Origin: Nannocystis bainbridge
GTDB taxonomy: Bacteria; Myxococcota_A; Polyangia; Nannocystales; Nannocystaceae
Assembly (NCBI RefSeq): GCF_028368995.1
Contig: NZ_JAQNDL010000003.1
Coordinates: 2,816,001-2,880,000 of the forward strand
DNA length: 64,000 nt
Direction of reading: 5' to 3'
Shown: positions 62,128 through 64,000 of the stretch, piece by piece
Numbering within the stretch: position 1 is the first letter of the stretch
How the letters are laid out: the number at the start of each line of letters is the position of its first letter
Made by a program: the position numbers and the translations under genes
Notes under the pieces: model-generated
What the model was told of the DNA's origin: nothing
Database searches by the model: none
The model's input: the letters and a program-made list of their open reading frames with translations, nothing else

Positions 62128-63036
62128 TCAAAACTCCAGAGCGACGCGGAGGCCGAGATTCGGCCATGCCGAGGGGCGCACAGCCACCCGGCGCGTCCGT
62201 CGATGCCGGCTGGCATCGACCGCCAGGAGCGTGATCCCCGAGATCACTGAGGCCGCCGCGAACGCGCCGACCGAAGCGCCGATGGCGTTGGCTCGCCGGC
62301 CCTCTGCCAGGAGCCTGTCGCTCGCGCGCTGGGCCTCCTCGGGGACATGCCCCGGCGTGAACTCTTGGTGCAGCAGCTCGTCGCGGCGTCGCTGAAGGAG
62401 TTCACCGTAGGTGAGCATCGCCACGGTCGCCATGCTCGCCGCGAGACCTACGCCGAGCGTCACGCCACCCGCGAGCCGCAGCGAGCGGCGAACGCCAGAC
62501 CTCGGCGGCGCCGCGGGCGGCGTGTCGAGTGGGCGAGAGGTCGGAGGCGGCCGCTTCAACACCGGGGCGATCGGCAGCAACCCGTCCTCGCCCACCGCTT
62601 TCGGGTCGGCCGCTGGCGCCTGCTCGACGCATATATGCTCGCCGAGCTGGGCCTCCACGGCATCGAGGAGCTTGCGCGCGTCCCGTCGGTCCCCGGGGTG
62701 TGTGTCAGCCGCGATGAAGCGCTCATGGAACGCCAGGAAGTGCCGGAGCAGGGCCGCCTCGGCGCATAGGTGCGAACGATCGTCGCCCGCCTGAAACGCT
62801 TCCTGGTACGTGTGATGCGCGTCGAAGACGATCGAGGCCCGGTCTTGCAGCGCGGCCTCGGTGCTCTCCGTGCCGAGCGCGTCGTAGGCCGCACGGCAGC
62901 GCGGCGCCGCTTCGACCGCTCGACCCGCATCGCGCAGCTCCACGCAGGCCGCGTGCTCGCTCGCCGCCGACACCGGCGCCGCGGACAGCATCGCCGGCGC
63001 GAACCAGGACAAGGCCCAGGCGAACATCGGCGCCAT
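62128..63036 (-). CDS. TPR-like secreted/membrane protein
   Basis: Signal peptide, helical domain, LAGGVTLGVG, ends LRVALEF; stops 2 bp before the kinase start. Confidence 0.7.
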   Translation of the reverse strand: MAPMFAWALSWFAPAMLSAAPVSAASEHAACVELRDAGRAVEAAPRCRAAYDALGTESTEAALQDRASIVFDAHHTYQEAFQAGDDRSHLCAEAALLRHFLAFHERFIAADTHPGDRRDARKLLDAVEAQLGEHICVEQAPAADPKAVGEDGLLPIAPVLKRPPPTSRPLDTPPAAPPRSGVRRSLRLAGGVTLGVGLAASMATVAMLTYGELLQRRRDELLHQEFTPGHVPEEAQRASDRLLAEGRRANAIGASVGAFAAASVISGITLLAVDASRHRRTRRVAVRPSAWPNLGLRVALEF

Positions 63037-63086
63037 GCTACGCGGCGCTCTGGACGCTGCCAAGCAGCCTCGAGGGCGAAGTGTGC

Positions 63087-63368
63087 TCACGACTCCGACT
63101 CGTCCGCCGGGGTCTCGGGCCAATACTCGTGTACGAGCGCCTCGATCTCCCGCAGCGTGTAATTCTTGTTCCTGGCCTCGACGATGAACTTGGCCCGCTC
63201 GACGGCTTCGAAGGGCCAGCGCGAGCGAACGCCGGTCTTCCCGTCCGAGATGATGGTTGGCGCCGGTAGCATGCCGCGCTTGACCCACAGCATCAGCGTC
63301 TGTCTCGACACGCCGGTGATCGAGACCAACTCCTCGTTCGTGCTGAAACGCCGCTTGGTGGCGCTCAT
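63087..63368 (-). CDS. Excisionase/AlpA/MerR-like HTH protein
   Basis: EELVSITGVSRQTLMLWVKRGMLPAP. Confidence 0.8.
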   Translation of the reverse strand: MSATKRRFSTNEELVSITGVSRQTLMLWVKRGMLPAPTIISDGKTGVRSRWPFEAVERAKFIVEARNKNYTLREIEALVHEYWPETPADESES

Positions 63369-63706
63369 TCCTCGGTCCCATCCCGCTTCTTTTTCCGCTT
63401 GAGCTCGCGTGCGGCCTCGCGGCGCGCAGTGTCTTCGGCCGTGGGCAGTCCCCATCGCTCCTCGACGAGCTTGCGGATCTCGGGGATCGACAGCAACTCA
63501 GCCTTCTTCGCCATCACGAACCGCGCTCGCTCGAGCGCGCCGACCGGCCAGCGCGCCTTGATCCCGCGGCTGCCGTCCGAAATGACCTCCGGCGCCGGCA
63601 GGAGACCCGCGTCGGCCCAGCCATACATTGCCGAGCGCGACAGGCCGGTGACCTTCATCAGATCGTCCGTGGTGGTGAACGTCGGTAGGTCTTTCGCCCG
63701 CGGCAT
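63365..63706 (-). CDS. Excisionase/AlpA/MerR-like HTH protein (paralog)
   Basis: DDLMKVTGLSRSAMYGWADAGLLPAP; ATGA overlap with the downstream paralog. Confidence 0.8.
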   Translation of the reverse strand: MPRAKDLPTFTTTDDLMKVTGLSRSAMYGWADAGLLPAPEVISDGSRGIKARWPVGALERARFVMAKKAELLSIPEIRKLVEERWGLPTAEDTARREAARELKRKKKRDGTEE

Positions 63707-63877
63707 CGGCCTGAAGGTACGCGATCCTTTTCATAGGGAACAGGCACACGAGCTTGTTTGGGTGCTGTTGACCTCAGCCCACTGCTCCACGGACAGAGTC
63801 ATCCGCTGGGTGCGCGATCTCGGCCGTTGCTGGTTGACTCTTTAAATTATAAGAAGGGTGACATTAAAGGACCTGAG

Positions 63878-64000
63878 ATGGACCCCGCTGCCGCCCACCA
63901 CCCACTGGAAGAGCCGATCGACCTCGAATGCACCGTCGTCGAGGCCCGCCTGCGCGAACCCGGTTTCTACGAGACCGCGACGCGAGTCTTCTACGTGACT
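63878..64000 (+). CDS. Partial hypothetical ORF (runs off window)
   Basis: AAGGA RBS, then MDPAAAHHPLEEPIDLECTVVEARLREPGFYETATRVFYVT, after an AT-rich divergent promoter region. Confidence 0.45.
   Translation, partial: MDPAAAHHPLEEPIDLECTVVEARLREPGFYETATRVFYVT

Larger units (their letters stand above)
46575..64000. mobile_element. Integrative element / genomic island (left part; right end not in window)
   Basis: Truncated host gene, AT-rich junction, integrase, XRE and excisionase-like genes, IS elements, long repeat-rich intergenic gaps, weaker GC3 bias. Confidence 0.7.

Noticed and set aside
46575-64000. Prophage
   Set aside because: No structural, terminase or lysis genes are visible in the window.

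Overview
Very GC-rich myxobacterial DNA; the many Ser/Thr-linker lipoproteins, Cys-rich repeats and the DUF1592/DUF1552 pair suggest Nannocystaceae (inference). Bases 1-46.57 kb are host-type chromosome. They carry a VTC-DUF4956-HlyD-TolC operon facing a CotH-kinase lipoprotein, transporters, an ECF sigma/anti-sigma pair and a PARG (TIGR02452)/NADAR pair. Further on are an R-body (reb) operon with a SMI1/KNR4 gene, a membrane-sulfatase-PhoD fusion, a MACPF-like secreted protein and a GT-C-like membrane enzyme. At about 46.57 kb an FG-GAP lipoprotein gene is cut mid-repeat by an integrative element that runs to the window end. The element holds a tyrosine integrase, an XRE-XRE-coiled-coil-TM protein, a 59-bp tandem array, an IS3 element and an IS3 remnant. 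It also holds two Ser/Thr kinase + TPR-like pairs, a stand-alone ParB/Srx-like domain and two paralogous excisionase-like HTH genes. Two dispersed DNA motifs divide the window: a 16-bp palindrome ATGTC-N6-GACAT, often chained at a 14-bp period and present even inside genes, in the host part, and a GGTGTTGCTCCCGGCGAGC family in the element. Product calls come from motif recognition only; no searches were run.
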